A stretch of DNA of 63,709 bases, filler included, from Lenisia limosa (lineage: Eukaryota; Protista; Breviatea), in the NCBI GenBank assembly GCA_001655205.1. It is 11 parts of 11 records of this genome, joined end to end, with 100 filler letters (N's around TTAATTAATTAA, not from the genome) between each part and the next. Parts side by side here need not be neighbours in the genome. Positions count along the whole stretch, not along the records: positions 1 to 5,823 come from LPNZ01009599.1; positions 5,924 to 8,606 come from LPNZ01009903.1; positions 8,707 to 17,136 come from LPNZ01010578.1; 8 more parts are not named here. One strand, written 5' to 3'. A program made the position numbers and the translations under genes. Shown here piece by piece: positions 1-11,058 of the stretch; within the stretch, counting starts at the first letter, position 1, and every line of letters starts with the position of its first letter. The notes beneath the pieces are model-generated. The model had not been told where the DNA came from. It searched no databases and saw nothing but the letters and a program-made list of their open reading frames with translations.

Positions 1-1089
1 AAAAATATACATAAAAGGGGACTTCCAATCATTAAAAAGCAAAGAATAATAATTTTTTTTAGAGGGTTTTATAGGGTTTAGCCGGCCGGTCCTGCATATG
101 TACTATATGATATATCAGATATATTTATCAATGTCAGTTCGTGTTGTTTTTTTTATCAATTCTCTTCTTTTCTCTCTCATTTTCCCCCTCTCTTCTCTTT
201 ATCTTTATGTGGCAATGAAGATTTCTTTTTTTTCACTTTTGAAACTGTGATATTGAATTAATACAGCGTCCACGGAAGATTGGAGATCGTCACTTTACCG
301 AGATCCGCCGCCCCTTGATTGTATTGTGTATAATATTATAAAAACAGTTTGGTAAACACCGAGTACATAAGTTTGTACTCTGATGAACATTATAGTTCGT
401 ACTCCGATGTAATTCCCCCAAGTGAGCTATTATGTAACTATCCCGTTGAGGATTAACAGTTAGTTCGTTCAGTGCAATCTCTCCAACAAGACTTGGATAT
501 TTACGCTGAGAGTTTCCACTCTTGTGCGTTCAAAGGAAGCTGAAAAAAATAAAATAAAAATGGTAGGCACTTTTTTGAGTTACAAAACATCCAGGTTGGC
601 AAAATCTTTGATCCATCCGTCAAAACTGGAGCGTACTAATGCTGCACTTATCGATTCAGGCTGCATACACAAGCGCAAGCAAAGTAAACTCGAGTACTGA
701 GATGTTCCGAGTAATGTATGCACCCTTGAGCAACGGACACAGCACCTTTGCAACTTTGGCACGAGCTTGGCTGGATCAGGCAGAATAGCTTTCGTTGCAC
801 CATTTACTGTCTTACTAATTACCCCCCCCCCCAGCTGACAGCAAATAATACATACGCCTGAATAAGATTTACATTAGTGGAGGGGGTGGAGGAGGAGGTG
901 GAGGAGGAGGCCCACCACCTGCAGGAGGGGGTGGAGGAGCTGAAATGTCAGAAATATTGATTTGGGCTTCCGAAGTAAAAATAATTCTATTCGCATACCT
1001 TTTTTTTGTATTAAATAGTGCATATAGTACACCGTCCATATATCTGTGAATTTTCCTCTATCTGTGAATTTATTATAATATACTATATG

Positions 1090-2050
1090 TCGCTCAAAAT
1101 TTGGTCAAGGGCTATTGCTCAGGATTGCATAAAAATGACCTTATTAACCATTTTAAAACAGTTTTTATTATTGACCGTAAAATAAATTCTATCATCATAT
1201 TTGATAGAATAAATTGTATTTTGACCCCCTTTTGCCCACCCCCGCTGCGGGTGATTAAGAAAATCATATTTCAGACTATTTTATCAGACAAACCCGCGCT
1301 GGTGCTCCACACTATCGCCCAGACTCCCTTACCAAAGTTGGTTTTAACATTTCCGTCAAACAAAAACTGACTTTTTTTGTAGCTTGCTGAGTCAATCCAG
1401 TTCATTGATAAGTCTTCTCAAGATTACGGAAAACCTTGCCCTCAGATTGTGTTTGACCCTTTCCGGGATGACACTTTCAAGCGAGCTTTCAACAGAGCCG
1501 TTAAAGACTCCAATGAGTTTTGGGGTGCGCAGTCCCATTCCGCCAGAGATGGGCTCGATTCCAACGAAAATGACGAGGTCCTCAATAGCCTCCATGCTCG
1601 TGAGCGTGTCTCCCAAAAGGTGAGAATACTATTTGGTTATTTATACTAACTTATTCAGACTTCTTTATGTACGGTAATTACCTCTTCCGTCTTCAGACCG
1701 GGGTGAGAAATGTTTGAGCTCAAGGAGAAGAAGGACCTCAAAACTCCCATCTCTCTTTGATAAGAATCACAAGAACGGTTGGTTTGGTGTGTATTATTTC
1801 GCAAAACAAATTTATATTAGGTCTTTCTACCAGCACCAGCGCCAATGGAGGCCAGAAGGTCAAAGTGATAAAGCCCCGTGACTCTGTGGTCATTTGTAGG
1901 TTTCCGATCCGAGCCCTTGTCAACCTTCCCGTTCTTTCTTTCGCTGCGTCTCCGTCTCCTGCTACTGCTGCTGCCGCCGCTCCTCCTGCGCTTCATCCTC
2001 CCCTGCAGTTCACGTGCATGTCCACATGAACAACTTCCTGAAGGACGCTC
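1090..2050 (+). mobile_element. Decayed intron-containing Crypton-type tyrosine recombinase gene, copy 1
   Basis: Spliced, frameshifted translation: HYRPDSLTK|LAESIQFIDKSSQDYGKP..KRAFNRAVKDSNEFW..YLFRLQTGVR..FDKNHKN|GL..VICRFPIRAL. It aligns motif by motif with the copy at 11.1-12.1 kb, including the GxR catalytic Arg motif. No HxxR seen. Confidence 0.65.
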
Positions 2051-2167
2051 TTCAGTGATTCGTCCCCCTGCTCCTGTTGCTGCTCCTGCTGATTTCACGT
2101 GGCCTCTACCGGCAATCCCTAGGATCCTTTGACTGTGTTTGTATTAATGTAATTCTTGATTTTTATG

Positions 2168-2452
2168 TAGAGCCTCACTTCGGTTTGAAAAATACTGGTA
2201 AAATCTCGATAGTTCTCAAAGATGTATCGAGAAATTCAGTCTTTTGTAAATCCGAANNNNNNNNNNCAGAATTCGGTTTCTGGGGTGTCATATTTCTAAT
2301 CACAAACATCGTCAAATTTCTGATCAGAGCCATATACATATGATACCAAATGTAGAGCCTCACTTCGGTTTGAAAAATACCGGTAAAATCTCGATAGTTC
2401 TCAAAGATGTATCGAGAAATTCAGTCTTTTGTAAATCCGAAGTGAAGCCCCA
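2168..2452. mobile_element. MITE family A, two near-identical copies (2168-2256, 2353-2452)
   Basis: TA-GAGCCTCACTTCGG...CCGAAGTGAAGCCC. The copies differ by one base, so this could be an assembly duplication. Confidence 0.8.
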
Positions 2453-2505
2453 ATATATGTATATATCGTCCAGATAAGTCGACCAATTTTCCTTGGGAAA
2501 TCAAA

Positions 2506-2587
2506 TACAGTGGTCGAGATAAGTCTTGACCGATTTTCGTTGGGAAATCAGATGGTAAATCGGTCAAGACTTATCCCATTCACTGCA
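2506..2587. mobile_element. MITE family B (Tc1/mariner-like, ~80-bp hairpin), with a partial copy just upstream
   Basis: TA-CAGTG..GATAAGTCTTGACCGATTT...AAATCGGTCAAGACTTATC..CACTG. Confidence 0.85.
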
Positions 2588-2793
2588 TTAAAACATATTC
2601 CCGTCCACAAAAACCGGCGCTTTTTGGAATACAGGCAAAAAATAACAAAACAATAAANNNNNNNNNNNNNNNNNNNNNNNNNNNNNNNNNNNNNNNNNNN
2701 NNNNNNNNNNNNNNNNNNNNNNNNNNNNNNNNNNNNNNNNNNNNNNNNNNNNNNNNNNNNNNNNNTTTTTATGTATTTTTTTTAATCACAAAC

Positions 2794-5028
2794 CTGGTTT
2801 CCTTGAACGTTGTTGGGATTTTATCAAGTGCCATTCGGTACATTTTCACACCCATTGACACCTAAATATTTGTGAGAAAAAGAATATAAAAGAATATAAC
2901 GAAAAAAGGATACTCTCCCCACTAGAGACAATGCAGAAACATATATTATACTATACATATATCGATACATCGATATGTATAATATCTCATAAAGTCCAAG
3001 TCATCATGTTTACAAATTCTCTTACATTGAAATACTGGTAAAAAAAAACTGGATTTACTGAGTATGTGCTAATAAAATGATTGGTTGTACCATTGCCTAC
3101 TGGTTTTGTTAAAAAAAAAAAACACTTTCTATAATACCCCTNNNNNNNNNNNNNNNNNNNNNNNNNNNNNNNNNNNNNNNNNNNNNNNNNNNNNNNNNNN
3201 NNNNNNNNNNNNNNNNNNNNNNNNNNNNNNNNNNNNNNNNNNNNNNNNNNNNNNNNNNNNNNNNNNNNNNNNNNNNNNNNNNNNNNNNNNNNNNNNNNNN
3301 NNNNNNNNNNNNNNNNNNNNNGTTAATCTCAGATAACAAACAAATTATATCTACAGGAAAAACATTTTTTTAAAACAATAAAAACTAATCATATGTAAAC
3401 CATAATCATATTCCAAAAGTCCCACTCAAAATAATAATCATATTCTGGGGGTGCAGACCCCCCCCCCCCCCNNNNNNNNNNNNNNNNNNNNNNNNNNNNN
3501 NNNNNNNNNNNNNNNNNNNNNNNNNNNNNNNNNNNNNNNNNNNNNNNNNNNNNNNNNNNNNNNNNNNNNNNNNNNNNNNNNNNNNNNNNNNNGACAACGC
3601 TTCCGCGTAGTGTCCAGCTTCGGTGTATCTAGAGATGTTGGAACGATGAACAACAAATAAGGAAGGTAGCCCAAAATTGACACCGAAATAAGGAAGTTTC
3701 CTCTCAATTAAAACCCAAATAATGCGATTCAGTCATGTAAAATCAGTCATACAACTCAATATAAAAAAGCAACAAAAAAGCAACTTAGCAATGATATAAC
3801 CCCAAATAGGGCAATTTACATTTAACTTTACCCAAATAAGGTAACTAAGCCCCAAATAGGGGAACTTAAATCAATACTGGTCAACAGGACTGCAGGAGTC
3901 AGGATGACATAACTTCTCCTCACACAAGCCATTGTATCCATGATTTAAGCCCCAATAAATCAACTTAACCCACTGGTCAGCCAAGTTGAAGAGGACTGCC
4001 GTTGACAAATCCACGTTTGCAGCATCGGAAAGACTCAGGCGGTCACGGTCGCGGAGGAGTGTCCGGTCTTTTTTGGCTGCCTGGGGGGGGGGGGGGGNNN
4101 NNNNNNNNNNNNNNNNNNNNNNNNNNNNNNNNNNNNNNNNNNNNNNNNNNNNNNNNNNNNNNNNNNNNNNNNNNNNNNNNNNNNATCACAAACCACAACA
4201 CAAAGGCACAAAATCAACTCTGTTGGCAACACACAAGGGTTGACAACAAAGGCGGTAAGTGTACATAACCTGGGGGTGTAGAGGGGTTATGTGAAAAAAA
4301 ACCCAAATCAACTCTGTTGGCTGACAACACACGATGGTTGAAATATTTATCGAGGATTTATCGATAAATTCTGTCTTTTTTGGGACCAAAGGGAACCACT
4401 AACTTTAACACTCCTTTAACCCCCCCCCCCCNNNNNNNNNNNNNNNNNNNNNNNNNNNNNNNNNNNNNNNNNNNNNNNNNNNNNNNNNNNNNNNNNNNNN
4501 NNNNNNNNNNNNNNNNNNNNNNNNNNNNNNNNNNNNNNNNNNNNNNNNNNNNNNNNNNNNNNNNNNNNNNNNNNNNNNNNNNNNNNNNCTTCCTTCCAGA
4601 AGCTCAACAATTTCTTTTTCCTGGGAGGGGAGGGGGGTGAAATTGGAAAATTTATGAAACAAAAAACAAAGAGCGGGAGTAAAACGAAGGAAATTTCGAT
4701 GAAGAATACTGGCATAAAGGTACGAATCACAGAAGTTCAACAATTTCTTTTTCCTGGGGTGAGGGCCAGTATATTATGAAGTCTATGATATAAAGTACAG
4801 TGAACGTGATAAGTCTTGACCTATTTCCCCCCGGGAAATCCCAATCGGTCAAGACTTATCCCAGTCTGTATATATTAATACGTATATAACACGCTTTTTT
4901 TGGCTCCGTCAGGTATTGATAATTTACTGGTATTTTTCGAACCGAAATGAAGCCCCAAATAGCCCTTACTTGGGCCCTAAGCTCTTCTTCAGGTGTGACC
5001 TCCAGTTTTTGCAGTTTAGGCGCAACTC
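2794..5028 (-). CDS. IFT88: Intraflagellar transport protein 88, internal exons only
   Basis: Exons 5028-4970 (GVAPKLQKLEVTPEEELRAQ), 4620-4589 (EKEIVELLEG), 4080-3974 (AAKKDRTLLRDRDRLSLSDAANVDLSTAVLFNLADQ), 3628-3593 (YTEAGHYAEAL) and 2861-2794 (VSMGVKMYRMALDKIPTTFKETR). These match, in order, the IFT88 motifs NLDLTYSVLFNLA.QY...YAEAL and KFYRMALDQVP. Confidence 0.92.
4796..4870. mobile_element. MITE family B, in an IFT88 intron
   Basis: TACAGTG..GATAAGTCTTGACC...GGTCAAGACTTATCCCAGTCTGTA. Confidence 0.85.
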
Positions 5029-5438
5029 CTAAGGAATAAAAGTGGAAATACTATGAAACATCATGGAAGGGGGGAGATGGGACAATTTATGAAACAAAAA
5101 AAAAAGCACACAACACACCCAGGCCAGTCGTTGTGACTCATATCCATCAAGTGAAATAATCATACGACTGACTTTCCAGTTGAAAAGGGTTCATCCCGAG
5201 AGTATCAGAGTATCATCAAGACTTGTTTAATTGTCACACGAACGACATGAGGTATCATACCACTGCGTAGAAAATGATAGTTTACCAGTGTGAAAATGAC
5301 CCAAAAAGTAATATGCTACCCTACCTGTTTCAATACCACATTATTAACATTCACATTACACCCCATTCTTTATAATACCTTGTAATGCCCCATAATATTA
5401 ATAAAATATCGATATCCATCGAGGAGCTATCGAGAGGA

Positions 5439-5823
5439 ATGAGCATTTCCCTCCGACCAGCTTGCAAAGCGTTGGGCTGCCCCTGGAGCTGCGAAACAAA
5501 GCCCGTATTAATATCGTGTTTTGCAAACAAAGCCCGTATNNNNNNNNNNNNNNNNNNNNNNNNNNNNNNNNNNNNNNNNNNNNNNNNNNNNNNNNNNNNN
5601 NNNNNNNNNNNNNNNNNNNNNNNNNNNTATTTACATCTACAAACAAAGCCCGTGTTAACATCCTTGTATTGTAAACAAAGCCCGAAATAATTTCCTTACA
5701 TTACAAACAAAACACCTTGTTTTGCAAACAAAAGCCCGTAATAACATCCTTACATTACAAACAAAGCCCGTACTAACACCCTTGTACTATACGGCATTAT
5801 TAACATATGAGCATTTCCCTCCG
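5439..5823. repeat. ~32-bp minisatellite (core AAACAAAGCCCG) bracketed by a 17-bp direct repeat ATGAGCATTTCCCTCCG
   Basis: At least 6 units visible around an N gap. The direct repeat lies at ~5439 and 5807. Confidence 0.85.
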
Positions 5824-5923
5824 NNNNNNNNNNNNNNNNNNNNNNNNNNNNNNNNNNNNNNNNNNNNTTAATTAATTAANNNNNNNNNNNNNNNNNNNNN
5901 NNNNNNNNNNNNNNNNNNNNNNN
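5824..5923. other. Artificial contig linker (N44-TTAATTAATTAA-N44), one of 10
   Basis: Identical 100-bp all-frame-stop spacer at 5824, 8607, 17137, 27384, 29744, 36499, 43808, 46684, 54756 and 62424. The BEACH, ALG3, ROPN1L, IFT54 and ankyrin genes are cut at these points. Confidence 0.97.
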
Positions 5924-5935
5924 ATCAACTGCCAC

Positions 5936-8500
5936 TCACAGCTTGTTGCCCTTAGTGGGGGTCTTTCTGGCTGATACAGCAGCGTCGTCGTCACTATCAC
6001 TATCACTCAGCGTGATAACCTCGTTCTGGGGGAGAACAGGCTCCTTTTCAAGACTTTCCTTTTTGGGGGAGCCTTCCTTATTAGGCATGTTCTCCTTGGT
6101 TTCCTTTGTAGGGATTTCTTCTTTGGTGATAACTTCTTCCGTATTAGGCAAGTTGCCATTTACAGAAGGCTGGGGAGCGGGGTCGGAACTGAGCTTCCTC
6201 TTAAGGAGCATGGCGGGTGAGGGGGACTTGAGGATGGAAGGGACGAATTGAGAACTCAACTTGACTACAAGGGTTAGGTCAAGATTTTCTGAAATGGACA
6301 ATTCCTTCACTGCGGCGCATCGACTTGGCATTCCGTTGCTTATCTGGGAAACACGTGTTCACAAGAATCCCAAATCGATACGCCGCCCCCTCACCAAAGC
6401 ATCCCATCCTGTTGTATTCACTCTATTGTTCGTGAATCCCAACGTCAATATTCAAAATTTCCCGTATTTCCGAAATTTCCTTCGCATTACCCCTCCGAGT
6501 ACCGTTGATGATGGGGGACATGGGGAGAGGAACTTGACCCTTCAACGAGGCAGGCGAGGGCGACTTCAGGATAGAAGGCGGGTGGTCTAGGTAAGTGGAT
6601 CAGATCATCACTTTAGGTTCCACAATACAGTCAAAATATCGATTTTTCTCGAATAGATAAATATCCCATCATTATATCATCGTATCCTTGCATTTATTAT
6701 AATACTGCCACTTAAATTCGTATAATTGCATAAAACAATATCCCTTCATTATTGCATCATTTGATATACACCGCGGCGAATCGACTTGGAATTCCTTGTG
6801 TTATTTGGGAATCCCAACAGTATTCACAAGAAAGCCAAGTCAACTCTCCATTGCATAATCCTGTCACTTCATCTACGAATCCAACCTTGGAGGTGGGGGG
6901 GTCTGAGNNNNNNNNNNNNNNNNNNNNNNNNNNNNNNNNNNNNNNNNNNNNNNNNNNNNNNNNNNNNNNNNNNNNNNNNNNNNNNNNNNNNNNNNNNNNN
7001 NNNNNNNNNNNNNNNNNNNNNNNNNNNNNNNNNNNNNNNNNNNNNNNNNNNNNNNNNNNNNNNNNNNNNNNNNNNNNNNNNNNNNNNNNNNNNNNNNNNN
7101 NNCCCAAAAAAAAAAAGAATTAATAAAGGGATACAGATCCGAGGTAAGAAGACTTGACACAGGGGATTCGCGCACAGTTTAAGAACATAGGGACAGTAAC
7201 TGTGATAGGTCTTGACCGATTTGCTCTATAATTTCCCAAGGAAAATCGGTCAAGACTTATCCCAGTCACTATATGTTTGAAATAACCCATAGGTTGTTGT
7301 TCTACAATAATATCGGACAAAAGAGTGTGAGGGGGAAAGCATTTATTTGTTTCCCTGGGTTTATTCAAGATATTTTCTTGCCCAAAAAAAGAATACATAG
7401 GGGTACATGCAACAAATATATGATACTATATATAAAACCAACTAGGGGTGGGGGTGGGAGTGTCAAGGACAATGACAGCGTTTGGGATAGTTTTCGCGGC
7501 CATTGAAGGAACTGGAATGTCAGATACGTAGGATACAAACGAGAATTGATGAAAAAAAACATCAACAACAACAAAACAAAAGGTTGGATGGGGCTTTTAG
7601 GATACGAGGAAAAACGAGAATAAATGAAAAAAACAACCCAAAAAAAAGAGAGAAAAAAAAAAGACACATTACAATGATAATAATAATAATAAACCCCCCA
7701 ACTTGAGACACCAGCATCGATATTGGCGGGTGACGGGTCCACAAGGGTCGTGAGAGCGGCTAGGGGGCTGGCTCCCTTGGGCTCGGGGGAAACGGCCTGG
7801 AGGAATGCCTGTTAACTACCAAGTACAAACTTGGATTGACTGTAGCACTTTAATTACAGTATCCCACAGTATGTGCATGGAGTACTATACGATAGTCTTT
7901 CTGGTTCCAAGCCGAATATGCACCGTTTTGTTCAAAGTATCATATGACCCGTTCAACTAGAGCGGAACAGGGGTGTAGTTTGAGACTATCCATACAATAG
8001 TGTACGATATCACATTTAACCCAAAAACGATTACTCACTAACCGGGCTTTTCGGGGAGGATTTGCCTGGCGAACTGGTTGCGGGCCTGGAGGGCGTTATT
8101 ACTTGAACAAGAGAAATAATATACATTAGAAATCAAGGGAAACAAATAAATGCATAGGGATACCATAAACAAAATACAGTTATATACTGTATATACTGCA
8201 GAAGGAAATTGAATAAGGTTGAAAATAGTACAAGGTATGTGTGTGTGGGGGGGGGGGAAGGTGAAGCCGTNNNNNNNNNNNNNNNNNNNNNNNNNNNNNN
8301 NNNNNNNNNNNNNNNNNNNNNNNNNNNNNNNNNNNNNNNNNNNNNNNNNNNNNNNNNNNNNNNNNNNNNNNACCTTCATAACTATAAAATGACCAACCAC
8401 AAATTGCAACCAATGCCTCTCTCACCGATCAATCTCGTCCCTCAGTCCCTGAGTATTGAGACGATACTTCAGAATAGCCGTTTCTAGGGAGTCAAAGAGG
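5936..8500 (-). CDS. Multi-exon gene fragment, unknown protein with low-complexity S/P/E/K-rich region
   Basis: GT-AG-bounded exons near 8500-8430 (ERGLFDSLETAILKYRLNTQGLRDEIDR), 8100-8043, 7808-7703, 6587-6490 and 6253-5936. PSILKSPSPA occurs twice. Confidence 0.55.
6768..6832 (+). repeat. Interspersed repeat family E
   Basis: GGCGAATCGACTTGGAATTCCTTGTGTTATTTGGGAATCCCA. Copies at ~6306, 6768, 22822 and 23933. Confidence 0.8.
7192..7272. mobile_element. MITE family B
   Basis: CAGTAACTGTGATAGGTCTTGACCGATTT...AAATCGGTCAAGACTTATCCCAGTCACTA. Confidence 0.85.
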
Positions 8501-8782
8501 CCTCGTTCACTTTTCAATTGTGAGTTATTTTTGCAAATGATGCTTTGTTATCAATTGTGAGTTATTTTTGCTAATCATGCTCATTATTTTCCCCCACATC
8601 ACCCTTNNNNNNNNNNNNNNNNNNNNNNNNNNNNNNNNNNNNNNNNNNNNTTAATTAATTAANNNNNNNNNNNNNNNNNNNNNNNNNNNNNNNNNNNNNN
8701 NNNNNNTCCTTTATACAGGGTTTTATTCATAAGAATAGGCAGGGGTATCAACATCCATGCAAAATATCACCTTCATGGTACT

Positions 8783-9268
8783 TCAATTTTCCATGCGAAA
8801 TACAATAAAAACACTGGTTATGGGCCTAGAATTGTCCCTGCGATAATAAAGTGAAGACGTTCTTGCACCATCAGTTTTGATTTTTTTTCTACTCTTGAGT
8901 AACCTAGAGGCATTTAAGTAGAGAATACGAGACAAATTGGGCAAAAAATGNNNNNNNNNNTGATCCAGGAGGAAGCGGGTAAGAGCTCTTTTGAGGTGCA
9001 TTGATGAGAACACAATAGAAACTTCACTATCAGTGTCAATGAGACGGAATGCATCCCTTGGGAGGGCATCAGAGAGGAGAGTTTGGTTGTGAAAGTTCAC
9101 TATTGCGCTTCTGAGGTAACGATTCACTTCTTTTGCGTTAAGGTATTCAAATGCGTGGTAGTCTACTGGTAAAACAGGCTTATTTCCTCTTGAGCACTTT
9201 TCTAACTGTTTTTCAGAGAGGGGCTTGACAGCGATTGACTGCTCGTCACCTGCTTCCATCTTGCACAA
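8783..9268 (-). pseudogene. 161-aa ORF, possible N-terminal (core-binding) part of a Crypton-type YR
   Basis: LNAKEVNRYLRSAIVNF..SMHLKRALTRFLLD..LKSRKKIKTDGA loosely resembles the eLn..L..F / sl..aiqRyL / k.l...G spacing of the DUF3504-type Crypton N-terminus. Judged by eye only. Confidence 0.3.
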
Positions 9269-9492
9269 TGTTCTTAACTATGTATAAACTTCTTCTTCAG
9301 AGTACTCAAGAGAGCTTGGATAAGAAAAAAAAAGACATTCATATTTTTTGGGGGCACAATTATTTTTTTTACTGATCTTTTGCATATTTCGCATGGAAAA
9401 TTGTTCCATGCGAAATACAATAAAAACACTGATTATGGGCCTAGAATTGTCCCTGCGATAATAAAGTGAAGACGTTCTTGCACCATCAGTTT
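8789..9492. repeat. 89-bp near-perfect direct duplication (8789-8877 and 9404-9492)
   Basis: One mismatch seen. The second copy runs into an N gap. Confidence 0.9.
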
Positions 9493-9789
9493 NNNNNNNN
9501 NNNNNNNNNNNNNNNNNNNNNNNNNNNNNNNNNNNNNNNNNNNNNNNNNNNNNNNNNNNNNNNNNNNNNNNNNNNNNNNNNNNNNNNNNNNNNNNNNNNN
9601 NNNNNNNNNNNNNNNNNNNNNNNNNNNNNNNNNNNNNNNNNNNNNNNNNNNNNGGCGAAAATGTTAATAAATCAAGCGAATTTGACTCTTACCTTTTATG
9701 CCGTTCCAGAACGGTAAATGGATTGTTGACGTAGCATATACTTTAATCAGACGTCAATTTCGTCTATTGGCTCCATTATAGAGACTGAA

Positions 9790-10180
9790 CAAGGAATATT
9801 CTTGAAAAAACTGTTTCAAAATTTGACTTGAATACCTCAAAGCCACTACATTTTCTCCAAAAATGGACTTCAGATTCGAATTCTCCTTAAAAATCTGTGT
9901 TTCTATAGTGGGGCACTTTAATAGGCTCAAAATGCTATTATTCTGAAAGAGGGGGGTTTCATAAAACGTAAAGGAAACTGGGTGACCCCGGCCGGGTTCG
10001 ATTCTGATCAAAAGATCTTTTTTAAAAAAAAAATATCTTTTTTTTTTCTTTTTGCTCAAAATTTCTTTGTTTTGATGTTATTGATAGTCTAGTACTAAAA
10101 ACTGCCGAGTTTCCCACTAAAGTTATTGAAGCGATTTATGTCGATTTTTGGCTTGTTCGCGGTTTTAAACACGAACCTAT
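9790..10180. repeat. Interspersed repeat family I (second copy ~56300-56600)
   Basis: Shared colinear blocks: GGACTTCAGATTCGAATT, GGAAACTGGG, GGGTTCGATTCTGATCAA, TTTGTTTTGATGTTATTGATA, GATTTTTGGCTTGT. Confidence 0.8.
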
Positions 10181-10614
10181 ACTATATATTGGAATGTCAT
10201 TTTTCGGTACTGGAATGTGCCAAACCGAGGCTATATGAGTCCAATTGTGCAAAAACTAGACAATGGTACAGTACAGGATGTGTAAATTCCTCAAATATCA
10301 CGCTTTAAACCCCAAAACAATAAAATAAAAAAAATGTAGAAGCCAAAAAGGTCCAAAATTGGAACAACCTCGGGAGTCCGGAAAATGGTCATTTTAAAAA
10401 ATTTCCTTTTTTCAGAAAATTCACTGTATTTTTTCAGGAAAACTACTGGAAAAGTGGGAAAATCCCGACTGAAGTGTTTTCCAATCGAAATCCTCCTCGT
10501 TTTTTTGCTCGTGGTTGTCTTGCTTTTGTTTTTCGGAGTTTTCTGTTGAGGAAAAACTCCTTGTAAAAAATCAACAAAGCACCCAAGGAAAAAAAAACTT
10601 GGGGTTTTCTTCGC

Positions 10615-11015
10615 AGAGGTGAAGAGCCTTTTCTAACCCACTTCACCAAGGGTATGGGAACGAAGTGTAACACCCGTGGTGTAGTGGAAAATACCCTGTC
10701 ACACTTTGTCACCTTTCATAGACAAGTCCTACGTCATCCACCGCGTTGGTAATGATAAGACCGTCGTCTGCCCCGTTGCAGCCATTGAGGCCTGGAAGAG
10801 TACCGCCGAGCTTGCTGGGACCAACGTCATCGATGGCCCGATCTTTGTGACCATCAAGTCCAACGCAAGGGGAACTGTCACCGAGCACCGTCTTCCTTTC
10901 ACCACTGCGTTTGAGTTGAGTCCATCAAGGGACTCCTGGATAAAAAATATGAAGAATCCCCCTTCTCAAGTCATGCGAACACTTCACTTGAAGACATCAA
11001 GAATGTGTCAATGAG
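10615..11015 (+). pseudogene. Cre/DIRS-like tyrosine recombinase catalytic-domain remnant
   Basis: HFTKG|DKSYVIHRVGNDKTVVCPVAAIEAWKSTAELAGTNVIDGPIFVTIKSNARG..RLPFTTA, then after a frameshift SIKGLLDKKYEESPFSSH..SLEDIK. This follows the phage-integrase pattern K..CPV.al..w..GPlF..fsgH. Confidence 0.55.
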
Positions 11016-11058
11016 GGTAAGAGAATACATTGTCATTTTTTCTAACTTTCTTTTAGGA

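Noticed and set aside
580-960. Cys-rich ORF and poly-Pro/poly-Gly stretch as a defined gene
   Set aside because: Both strands are largely open and no family could be supported. It may be the Crypton N-terminus on + or an unrelated exon on -.
5490-5790. CRISPR-like repeat-spacer pattern
   Set aside because: The spacers resemble each other, the context is eukaryotic and there are no cas genes. It is a minisatellite.
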